Positions 17,879 to 26,371 of a stretch of 46,644 nt of DNA are shown here, in pieces (position 1 is the first letter of the stretch; every line of letters begins with the position of its first letter). Location: NCBI GenBank assembly GCA_051532055.1, contig JAOPTX010000064.1, forward strand, positions 1 through 46,644. Direction: 5' to 3'. The stretch comes from Fibrobacterales bacterium. Its GTDB lineage: Bacteria > Fibrobacterota > Fibrobacteria > Fibrobacterales > JAOPTW01. The translations under genes and the position numbers were made by a program. The notes under the pieces were generated by a model. It had not been told where the DNA came from and searched no databases. It saw only the letters and a list, made by a program, of their open reading frames with translations.

Positions 17879-19337
17879 ACAAATTTTATTACTTATTCTA
17901 ATTCTCAGTGGCACCTCTCTTTATGCTGGAACACTCATACAAACAGCTGACACAACATCCAAAGGTTATTCTTATAGAGACACAACTATTAATGGTGTCC
18001 CCTATTTTTCTTCAACTGCGATTATGCATACAGATAATTTTATTGCTCAAAAGTGGTTTCCTTTTAAGGAGAAGTTAGCATTAAAATCTGAAACTGGAAT
18101 TTTACAATTTACTCATAGTAGTCGATTCGTTCTTTTTGGGGATGATAGTCTTATTGTAGCCGATGAACCCCCGCTCTACGTTAATGATGAATTTTGGCTT
18201 CCACACTCAATAGTATCTATAATTAACCCATTTCTTAGAAATCAGTTATCATTCATTAATGATAGTACTCTTACATATGCAGGTGGTAAAGGGTTGCTAT
18301 CTCTTAATGTTGTTGAAAAAAGTAATGGAACCCTTGTTGAATTACAGTTTGCTCGAAGTTATAATTTTGACAAATGGTTTCACGCTCCTCATTATATCCT
18401 AAGGTTTATTGGCCTTGATATTGATCCGGCAATCTGGAAAAGATCGTTTAGCAAGGGATTGATCAAAAAAATCATTCCGGTAAAAGAGAGTGAGCTGGCT
18501 CAAATCACTTTTGAACTGCGTCCTAATTTAGATGAAATAGAATTACTTAAGAGTAAGGACAACAAGAAGTTACGTATATTGTTTCGGAAAAAGATTCAGG
18601 CGCCGGTTAAACAAGTAGCTCAAACACCTAAGAGAAAAATTAAAAATATTATTATCGATGCAGGCCACGGTGGCAAAGACCCTGGAGCACAAGGATTACG
18701 GTACAATGAGAAGGATATCGCATTAAAGGTTGCTAAAAAATTAGCCAAAACCCTTAAGAAAAAAGGGTTTAACCCAATATTGACACGTGAAAAAGATATC
18801 TATTTGACTTTAAAGGATCGCCCAGCATTTGCAACTAAACATGAGGGAGATATGTTTATTTCACTCCATTGCAATGCTATTGGTGGCACCCCTCGCAAGA
18901 AACAGCGGGTGCGTGGCTTTAAAATGTATATCCTGCGAGCTGCAAAATCTGAGGATGATAAAGCAATTGCCCGACGTGAGAATGCAGCTATTGAAGAGGT
19001 TTCAAACGGAAGTAAAAAAGAGATTAGCCCTGTAGAGTGGATTCTGCTCGAACACCAGCTCAATCTTTTTACTAAGGAAAGTGAACAACTTGCAGGCCAC
19101 TTAGTAGAGAGTTTTTCTGATAATCAAAGTGGTGTTAGGAAAATGGGGTACGGCGCAGGACAGGCTGGTTTTTATGTTCTTGTTGGGGCTTTTATGCCAG
19201 CGGTTTTGATTGAAATGGGGTTTATCTCTAACCCTAAAGAAGAAGTCTATATGGGTTCTAAAAGTGGGTCAAGTGAACTTGCTGAATCTATTTATCAAGC
19301 AATCCTGCAGTATAAAAAAGAGATCGAAAACCTTTAA
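17859..19337 (+). CDS. N-acetylmuramoyl-L-alanine amidase (Amidase_3) with N-terminal accessory domains
   Basis: IIIDAGHGGKDPGA, EKDIAL, FISLHCN, ARREN, LIEMGFISN; signal peptide. Confidence 0.92.
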   Translation: MLLSSIKQILLLILILSGTSLYAGTLIQTADTTSKGYSYRDTTINGVPYFSSTAIMHTDNFIAQKWFPFKEKLALKSETGILQFTHSSRFVLFGDDSLIVADEPPLYVNDEFWLPHSIVSIINPFLRNQLSFINDSTLTYAGGKGLLSLNVVEKSNGTLVELQFARSYNFDKWFHAPHYILRFIGLDIDPAIWKRSFSKGLIKKIIPVKESELAQITFELRPNLDEIELLKSKDNKKLRILFRKKIQAPVKQVAQTPKRKIKNIIIDAGHGGKDPGAQGLRYNEKDIALKVAKKLAKTLKKKGFNPILTREKDIYLTLKDRPAFATKHEGDMFISLHCNAIGGTPRKKQRVRGFKMYILRAAKSEDDKAIARRENAAIEEVSNGSKKEISPVEWILLEHQLNLFTKESEQLAGHLVESFSDNQSGVRKMGYGAGQAGFYVLVGAFMPAVLIEMGFISNPKEEVYMGSKSGSSELAESIYQAILQYKKEIENL

Positions 19338-19457
19338 GGGTGCTCTTATGTAATTGAAGGGTAATGAACAAGTCCTCCTTGGATCATTCAGTTCACAAAT
19401 ACCGTTAATTTTGCTCAAAAATTGTTATTTTTCTAAAAAAAACTAAAAGGTTATCGT

Positions 19458-20186
19458 ATGTCTGGACATTCCAAATGGGCTACCATTAAACGTAAGAAGG
19501 CTAAAACTGATTCTGCGCGGGCAGGACAATGGAATAAGTTAATTAAGGAAATCTCTGTAGCCGCCAAAATGGGTGGCGGGGATCCCGACTCAAACACACG
19601 TCTTCGCGCTGCTATTATTAAAGCAAAAGGGCAATCAATGCCTGCTAAAAATATTGAAAGTGCAATTAAAAAAGGACTGGGGAGTACCGATTCTGCAGCA
19701 ATGGACGAACTGATGTACGAGGGGTATGGACCAGAAGGTACCGCTATAATCGTAAAGTCGCTCACAGATAATAAGACACGAACAGTGGCAGATGTCCGAA
19801 ATTGTTTCAATAAAAATGGTGGAAACATGGGTGAACCTGGCTCTGTTTCTTGGGGGTTTGATAACAAGGGTGTTATCATAATCACTGAAGATAAAATAGG
19901 TGAAGAAGAGCTTTTTGATCTTATTATTGAGGCAGGAGGTGATGACCTTGTAGCTGAAGAAGGAATTTATGAAATTTCTACATCACCTGAAGATTTTCTC
20001 AATGTAATGAAAGCTATTGAAGAAAAAGGAATTGAAGTTGAGTCAGCTGAAATGTCTTATATCGCTCAAAACCCTGTGAAAGTAAGCCCACAAGTTGGGG
20101 CAAAATTGATGAAAATTGTTGATAAACTCGAAGACAATGAAGATGTACAAGATGTATATCATAATGCTGAGTTTGATGAAGAGTAA
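19458..20186 (+). CDS. yebC: YebC/PmpR family protein
   Basis: MSGHSKWATIK, YEGYGP, TDNKTRT, DVQDVYHN. Confidence 0.95.
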   Translation: MSGHSKWATIKRKKAKTDSARAGQWNKLIKEISVAAKMGGGDPDSNTRLRAAIIKAKGQSMPAKNIESAIKKGLGSTDSAAMDELMYEGYGPEGTAIIVKSLTDNKTRTVADVRNCFNKNGGNMGEPGSVSWGFDNKGVIIITEDKIGEEELFDLIIEAGGDDLVAEEGIYEISTSPEDFLNVMKAIEEKGIEVESAEMSYIAQNPVKVSPQVGAKLMKIVDKLEDNEDVQDVYHNAEFDEE

Positions 20187-20188
20187 TC

Positions 20189-20665
20189 GTGATTATCCTT
20201 GGAATTGATCCCGGCTCTCATACCACCGGTTACGCTTTTTTAAATAAAAATGGCTCAACGTTGTCGGTATTGGAGTATGGGGTGCTTAAAGCGAAGCCCA
20301 AGGATTCATTGATGGAGCGACTCCATACCATTGTGCCTGCACTTGAGTTATTGATTAAAGAATATTCCCCTTCCCTACTTGCTATGGAGGGGATTTTTTT
20401 TGCTAAAAATGCGAAGTCAGCTCTCATACTCGGTCATGTACGTGGGGCGATTATGGCTAAGTGCGGCGAATTTAATATGGATTATAGAGAGTTTGCTCCA
20501 AAGAGTGTTAAAATGACGGTGACTGGCCGGGGAGCCGCATCGAAAGAACAGGTGGGTGAAATGCTCAAGAGACTCCTTGGTCTTAAAAACGTTCCTCAAC
20601 CAATAGATGCATCTGATGCCCTAGCCGTAGCATGGACAGGTGCTTTAAACAAGGAAATTGTATGA
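20189..20665 (+). CDS. ruvC: Holliday junction resolvase
   Basis: ILGIDPG, EGIFF, GHVRG, DASDALAVA. Confidence 0.95.
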   Translation: MIILGIDPGSHTTGYAFLNKNGSTLSVLEYGVLKAKPKDSLMERLHTIVPALELLIKEYSPSLLAMEGIFFAKNAKSALILGHVRGAIMAKCGEFNMDYREFAPKSVKMTVTGRGAASKEQVGEMLKRLLGLKNVPQPIDASDALAVAWTGALNKEIV

Positions 20666-21243
20666 TAGAACATTTAACAGGTATACTTATTGACGCTGCG
20701 CCTACACACCTTGTTATTTCAGTGGGTGGAACCGGGTATGGCCTTGATGTCTCTCTGACTACTGGTTCTCATTATATTTCTGTGGGAGATACGGTATCTA
20801 TTTTTACTTATCTTCATGTAAAAGAAGATCAGCTTCACCTATTTGGCTTCTTTACTCGTCAGGAACGTGAAGTGTTTTTGGCACTCATTGGCATATCAGG
20901 TATAGGCCCAAAAATGGCACAACGAATTCTGTCTGAAACAACACCAGGTCAGCTGGCGCATATTGTTGCTGATGAAGATATTGTAGCGCTCAATAAATTC
21001 AAAGGGGTTGGTAAAAAAACTGCCTCACTCCTTTTAATACACTTGAAAACATCTTTTGCTAAAATGAATCTATTTGAAGAGCTTACCGCAATTGCATCGG
21101 TAGATAGCGAAGCTGTTATGGCACTGGTTGCACTCGGAGTGAAAGATAGTGCCGCTAAAAAAGCGATTGAAAGCGCAGCTAAGGTATTAGGAAAGAGTGC
21201 GACTATTCAACAACTTATTACAGAAGGTCTTAAACGGGTATGA
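20662..21243 (+). CDS. ruvA: Holliday junction branch migration protein
   Basis: LFGF, ISGIGPKMA, GVGKKTA; ATGA overlap with ruvC gives start 20662. Confidence 0.95.
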   Translation: MIEHLTGILIDAAPTHLVISVGGTGYGLDVSLTTGSHYISVGDTVSIFTYLHVKEDQLHLFGFFTRQEREVFLALIGISGIGPKMAQRILSETTPGQLAHIVADEDIVALNKFKGVGKKTASLLLIHLKTSFAKMNLFEELTAIASVDSEAVMALVALGVKDSAAKKAIESAAKVLGKSATIQQLITEGLKRV

Positions 21244-22271
21244 ATGAGAGAATAATTGCACCAGATCAATTGAGCAATGAGACGAATAATGATCTCTCCC
21301 TACGTCCCAGATCTATTGCAGATTTTGTTGGCCAAGAGGCCCTGAAAGAAAATTTACAAATTTCTATTACTGCAGCTAAACAACGTAATGAGGCCCTCGA
21401 TCATTCTCTTTTTGCGGGACCTCCAGGGCTTGGTAAAACAACGCTTGCAGGAATAATAGCACATGAAATGGATGCGGAGCTCCACGTTACATCGGGACCG
21501 GTACTAGACAAAGCATCTGATTTAGCGGGACTACTGACTAACTTAAATAGAGGTGATGTTCTTTTTATTGATGAAATTCATAGATTACCCCGTGTTGTAG
21601 AAGAGTACCTTTACTCAGCTATGGAAGACTTTCGTCTTGATATTATGCTCGAAAGCGGACCTGCAGCAAAGAGTGTAAACTTACCCCTTGAGCGATTTAC
21701 ATTAATTGGGGCAACTACTCGATCGGGCATGCTCACTTCCCCATTGCGGGACCGGTTTGGATTGAGCTTTAGAATGGAAATGTATACGAGCGATGAAATT
21801 GTACATATTCTTAAACGTTCAGCTTCTCTACTCAATATTGCTATAGAAGATAATGCAGCAGAAATTCTATCACGCTTATGCCGAGGAACTCCCCGTATTG
21901 CAAATAGAATTCTTCGGCGCTGTAGAGATGTAGCACAAGTGAAAGGCGATGGTGTTATTACAACCGATATTGCTCATAAAACGGTAGTAATGCTCGGAAT
22001 TGATTCGCGTGGTCTTGATGAAATGGATCGAAAAATTCTGCGGACCATCATTTCCAAATTTAATGGTGGACCAGTGGGTCTTACTACAATAGGTGCTGCG
22101 ATCGGTGAGGAAGCCGATACCCTCGAAGAGGTCTATGAGCCTTATCTCATACAACAGGGGTATATAAAACGGACTTCACGAGGTCGAGTTGCTACTAAAA
22201 ATGCCTTTTCGGTCTTAAATCTGGACGCTCTTTTTAAGGGGCTCGATGAGCAAGAAGACCTATTTAATTAG
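21240..22271 (+). CDS. ruvB: Holliday junction DNA helicase
   Basis: LRP, GPPGLGKTTLA, FIDEIHR, GATTR, RGTPRIA. Confidence 0.97.
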   Translation: MNERIIAPDQLSNETNNDLSLRPRSIADFVGQEALKENLQISITAAKQRNEALDHSLFAGPPGLGKTTLAGIIAHEMDAELHVTSGPVLDKASDLAGLLTNLNRGDVLFIDEIHRLPRVVEEYLYSAMEDFRLDIMLESGPAAKSVNLPLERFTLIGATTRSGMLTSPLRDRFGLSFRMEMYTSDEIVHILKRSASLLNIAIEDNAAEILSRLCRGTPRIANRILRRCRDVAQVKGDGVITTDIAHKTVVMLGIDSRGLDEMDRKILRTIISKFNGGPVGLTTIGAAIGEEADTLEEVYEPYLIQQGYIKRTSRGRVATKNAFSVLNLDALFKGLDEQEDLFN

Positions 22272-22274
22272 CTA

Positions 22275-22303
22275 TTGACTCATGGGTCATTAAATGATAT
22301 AAT
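22275..22303 (+). promoter_or_regulatory. Near-consensus sigma70 promoter
   Basis: TTGACT-N17-TATAAT with TGn. Confidence 0.7.
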
Positions 22304-22341
22304 CCTTTTGACTGCCGATATATTAAGGCACGAGGGTAATT

Positions 22342-22797
22342 ATGACATTAGCAGCTCGTTTAAAAGATGTTAACATTCTCCAGGATTTAGATGAACAAGA
22401 GTTGATCTATATCTCTGATATTTGTAAAGTTAAACACTTTGATTCTGGTCAAATAATATTTGAAGAAGGTTCCAATGGCGATGAACTCTATTTTATTTTA
22501 GATGGTTCAGTTGGTCTCGAAATTTCAAAATATGATGGATCAGGATTTAATAAATTTTGTACTCTTCCAACAAATGAAGTGGTTGGTGACTTGGCATTTA
22601 TCGATGGCGTATCTCGGAGCTCGAGGGCAGTATCTCTTGGGTTACAGGATATAGCATTTGTAGGGCGAGCTGACCTGTACCAATGTTTTGATAACAATCC
22701 ACGCGTTGGGTATCTTGTTATGAAACGACTCTGTGAGCTCATATCAAAGAGATTGCGCCTTACCAATAATATGGTTAAAAGTTCCTTAGATTTATAG
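22342..22797 (+). CDS. Stand-alone cyclic-nucleotide-binding domain protein
   Basis: IFEEGSNGDELYFILDGSV, GDLAFIDGVSRSSRA; no HTH. Confidence 0.88.
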   Translation: MTLAARLKDVNILQDLDEQELIYISDICKVKHFDSGQIIFEEGSNGDELYFILDGSVGLEISKYDGSGFNKFCTLPTNEVVGDLAFIDGVSRSSRAVSLGLQDIAFVGRADLYQCFDNNPRVGYLVMKRLCELISKRLRLTNNMVKSSLDL

Positions 22798-22987
22798 CAG
22801 CTATATAGTCCCTTCATACGTATATCTCACGCAATGATACACAAATAATAATGAGAAATAGGCTTACTCTATTTTTGATAATTATTATGAAAATAGTGAA
22901 AATTTAAATGTTGTTCCATTCTCTCTTATAGTTTTGACTAAATTGTTATGAGTAACAATCTCACACCATATAAAAACAGGAATTGAA

Positions 22988-24391
22988 ATGAAACCAGCTG
23001 ACGTAATTAAATTAGCCCAAGAAAATGATGTTAAATTTGTTGACCTTATGTTTGGTGATATGTTTGGATCACTGCAACATTTTACACTCCCTATTGGCGA
23101 CTTAAACGAAGACCTTTTTGTTGAGGGTGCAGCTTTTGATGGTTCATCTATTAGAGGATGGAAATCAATTGATAAATCTGATATGCTTATGATGCCCGAT
23201 CCTACCTCTGCATTCATTGATCCCTTCTCAAAATTTTCTACGGTATGCTTGTTCTGTACTATACTTGAACCTCGCACTGGAGCATACTACGATAGAGATC
23301 CTCGTTCAATCGCTGCTAAAGCCGTAGAATATCTTACTGGCCAAGGAATTGGTGATACTGCATTTTTTGGACCAGAACCAGAGTTTTTTATTTTTGATTC
23401 TGTTCGATTTGTTTCTGAGCCAAATTCAGCATTTTACGCTATTGAGTCTGAAGAGTCACCATGGTCAACTGCGGATGAAGGATCATTGGGACACACAATC
23501 CCATGGAAAGGTGGATACTCGCCGGTCTCCCCTAATGACGCCCTTGCTGATTTACGTTGTGAAATTGCACTTAATATGGAATCAATGGGGATTACTACTG
23601 AAGTACACCACCACGAAGTAGGCACCGCTGGACAGTGTGAAGTTGGAACTCGATTTGGAACTATTATTGCTGCAGCCGATCAAGTTCACAAGCTTAAGTA
23701 TGCTGTAAAAAATACCGCTGCGGCGTATGGAAAATCTGCGACATTTATGCCTAAACCACTCTTTGGGGATAATGGAAACGGTATGCATGTACACACATCT
23801 ATCCGTAAAGGCGATGTAAATATATTTGCAGGTGATGGTTATGCAAACATGTCACAAGAAGCACTCTGGGCTATTGGTGGGATCCTTAAACATGGCCGTT
23901 CTATTCAAGCTTTTACCAACCCATCAGTTAATTCATATAGAAGATTGGTTCCTGGATATGAAGCTCCTGTTACTCTTGCATACTCAGCAACGAATCGCTC
24001 TGCCTCTATTCGCATCCCTCATGTGAATGCAGATATTGCACGACGCTTTGAGTTTCGTTGTCCTGATGCATCTGGCTCGCCCTATCTTGCATTCTCTGCT
24101 ATTCTTATGGCGATGATTGATGGTATTAAAAATCAAATTGATCCAGGCGAAGCAATGGATAAAAACATATATGATCTTCCTGTTGAAGAGCTTGCAAAAA
24201 TGACTGCAACATGTGCTTCATTAGAAGAGGCTCTTACTGAACTCGAAGGAGATATGGCGTGGCTCGTAGCTGGTGATGTATTCACCGCTGATATGATTGA
24301 GGCTTATATTGAGTATAAACGTGAGAATGAAATTCTTCCAATGAAACTTCGCCCAAATCCCTTAGAATTTGAACTCTACTATAGCTGCTAA
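22988..24391 (+). CDS. glnA: Glutamine synthetase type I (adenylylatable, GSI-beta-like)
   Basis: FDGSSI, GPEPEFF, HHHEV, TFMPKP..GDNGNGMH, NSYRRLVPGYEAP; KNIYDLP carries the adenylylation-site Tyr. Confidence 0.97.
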   Translation: MKPADVIKLAQENDVKFVDLMFGDMFGSLQHFTLPIGDLNEDLFVEGAAFDGSSIRGWKSIDKSDMLMMPDPTSAFIDPFSKFSTVCLFCTILEPRTGAYYDRDPRSIAAKAVEYLTGQGIGDTAFFGPEPEFFIFDSVRFVSEPNSAFYAIESEESPWSTADEGSLGHTIPWKGGYSPVSPNDALADLRCEIALNMESMGITTEVHHHEVGTAGQCEVGTRFGTIIAAADQVHKLKYAVKNTAAAYGKSATFMPKPLFGDNGNGMHVHTSIRKGDVNIFAGDGYANMSQEALWAIGGILKHGRSIQAFTNPSVNSYRRLVPGYEAPVTLAYSATNRSASIRIPHVNADIARRFEFRCPDASGSPYLAFSAILMAMIDGIKNQIDPGEAMDKNIYDLPVEELAKMTATCASLEEALTELEGDMAWLVAGDVFTADMIEAYIEYKRENEILPMKLRPNPLEFELYYSC

Positions 24392-24414
24392 GAATAGGTA
24401 ATTTAAGAACATAG

Positions 24415-24446
24415 AACGACCATCTCATTAGAGATGGTCGTTTTTT
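24415..24446 (+). terminator. Rho-independent terminator after glnA
   Basis: aacgaccatctc-atta-gagatggtcgtt followed by a T-run. Confidence 0.85.
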
Positions 24447-24474
24447 ATTGAATAGCTTTATACTTATATGTTCA

Positions 24475-26328
24475 CTATTGTATAGGGATTGAAAGGGTAA
24501 ACTCGGCCCCCTTCCCTATTCCGGCACTATGAACCGTTAAATCACCATCCATTTCACGTGCATAGTTAGCACAAGAGTGAAGCCCAAAACCATGGCCATC
24601 TTCTTTAGTGGTAAATCCATGAGTAAATATTTGAGTTAAGTTCTTTGTATCGATTCCGATACCATTGTCTCTAATGCGTATCAGTAGAGAGCCTCCTGAT
24701 TGTTGACTAGTAAGGCTCAGAACTTTATACGAATCAGGAGAATGTTTAAGAGCGTCAATAGCATTATTTAGAATATTAATAAGGATATGAATAACCTTAC
24801 TTTTTTGAAGTTCTATGGTAGGGGTTTGCGCAAAAACAGTCTTAATTTCGATACCACACTCTTCAATAGTATTTGCTACAATATGGAGTACATCAAGTAA
24901 GATTTGGTCAATATGTGAGTTTTCGAGTAAATAGGCATGCTTAGCGTAGTCTTGTTGGCTTTTTATGACTTCAACTGTTGCTTTTGTTTTCTCTTTCATT
25001 CTATCGAGTTCAATACCTAACTGCTCAACTTTATCAGTGTACAATGAGTCAAGTTCTATGAGATATTGGAAAAGTTTATCACCTTGAGGCGAATCTATAA
25101 ATTGATGAAGTGTTCCCGCTCCCTTCTCTTTTTGAATGAGGTCATTCACTAAGTGGATTTTTGAAAAATCCCCATTGAGTATATTTTGTTCTATGAGTTC
25201 AGCAGAAATAAATACACTGGTAAGAATATTGCCGACATTGTGTAGTGCTCCCGTAGCTACTTCAGCCATACCTGCTTTATGAGCTTGTTGTACCAGTTCT
25301 TCTTGTGTGCTTAAGAGTTGTTTGGTTTTTTCATTTACTTTTATTTCGAGATTTCTTCGATATTCTTCAAGTTCTGTCTCATTATTTTTTCGATTATCTA
25401 TGTCTTGTATAATAGCCATGATTGCTTTTTTATTATGGAGGTCAATAATTTTGAGTGACACCAATGACCAAAATGGTGAGCCATCCATCCTTTTTGAGCG
25501 CCACTCAAGTTGCACTTCATCTTGATTTTTAAATTTGGATATGGTCTCAGACATTTTTTCTAAAGTATACCCTTCTTCGACCGCTGAAAAAGTATCAGAA
25601 CCTTCGGTCATAAATTGTTCTTTTGTGCAGCCAAACATCTTTAAAATAGACTGATTACAATCGATAACGTTATATGTTTCTGTCTCATGGATCATAATTC
25701 CGGTAGCAGAGGAATTGAAGAGTGCTTTATAATTTTGTTCTTGGTCTCGAGTAGTAAGATATGCTTGATTGAGGGTGTGAGTAATGAACCGTGTAATTGA
25801 AGCGACTATTATAAAAGAGACCGGTACTACGGTAATATCGACAATATCAGAGTGCTCACTCATCCGATTGGAAATCAGGTCTTTAAATTCCAAGATCCCA
25901 AGAATCAGTAAATACAATGAATTCAATCCAATGACTACAATAAATGAGGTACGAGAACAGAAAAGGCTTACACAGAGGAGGCCTATTGGAAATAAAATAA
26001 CTGCAGTGTCATGAATACCATCATTGAGAAATAGAGCAGTATCAATAATAGACAATAAAAAAAGTGATAAAAGAAATACAGCAATTCCGAAAAATCCCTT
26101 TGAATTGAGCCATCGCATTGTAAATAAAAACGGAAGAGTGATAGCTATAAGTAAAGATGTTGTCGAGGACAAATCGCCGTCTGATGCGGTTGCTGCCCAA
26201 ACTATAATAGAGCCTACAATGAGAATTTTTAAAAGGAGTTCAAGCCTGAAATGATTCAAAATCAGGTCTAAATTGGGATTGCCAAGTTTTCTAAATAAGG
26301 TGTCAATTTTTTGTAACATATGCTCCAT
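24475..26328 (-). CDS. Membrane-bound PAS-domain sensor histidine kinase
   Basis: About 6 TM, PAS/PAC (RMDGSPFW...IIQDI), H-box ALHNVGN, NILNNA, DNGIGI, FTTK..GHGFGL; start uncertain (26319-26352). Confidence 0.9.
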   Translation of the reverse strand: MEHMLQKIDTLFRKLGNPNLDLILNHFRLELLLKILIVGSIIVWAATASDGDLSSTTSLLIAITLPFLFTMRWLNSKGFFGIAVFLLSLFLLSIIDTALFLNDGIHDTAVILFPIGLLCVSLFCSRTSFIVVIGLNSLYLLILGILEFKDLISNRMSEHSDIVDITVVPVSFIIVASITRFITHTLNQAYLTTRDQEQNYKALFNSSATGIMIHETETYNVIDCNQSILKMFGCTKEQFMTEGSDTFSAVEEGYTLEKMSETISKFKNQDEVQLEWRSKRMDGSPFWSLVSLKIIDLHNKKAIMAIIQDIDNRKNNETELEEYRRNLEIKVNEKTKQLLSTQEELVQQAHKAGMAEVATGALHNVGNILTSVFISAELIEQNILNGDFSKIHLVNDLIQKEKGAGTLHQFIDSPQGDKLFQYLIELDSLYTDKVEQLGIELDRMKEKTKATVEVIKSQQDYAKHAYLLENSHIDQILLDVLHIVANTIEECGIEIKTVFAQTPTIELQKSKVIHILINILNNAIDALKHSPDSYKVLSLTSQQSGGSLLIRIRDNGIGIDTKNLTQIFTHGFTTKEDGHGFGLHSCANYAREMDGDLTVHSAGIGKGAEFTLSIPIQ

Positions 26329-26371
26329 ATAGTGTATCATTAAATAGAACAATAATCTAGAACAACTCTCT

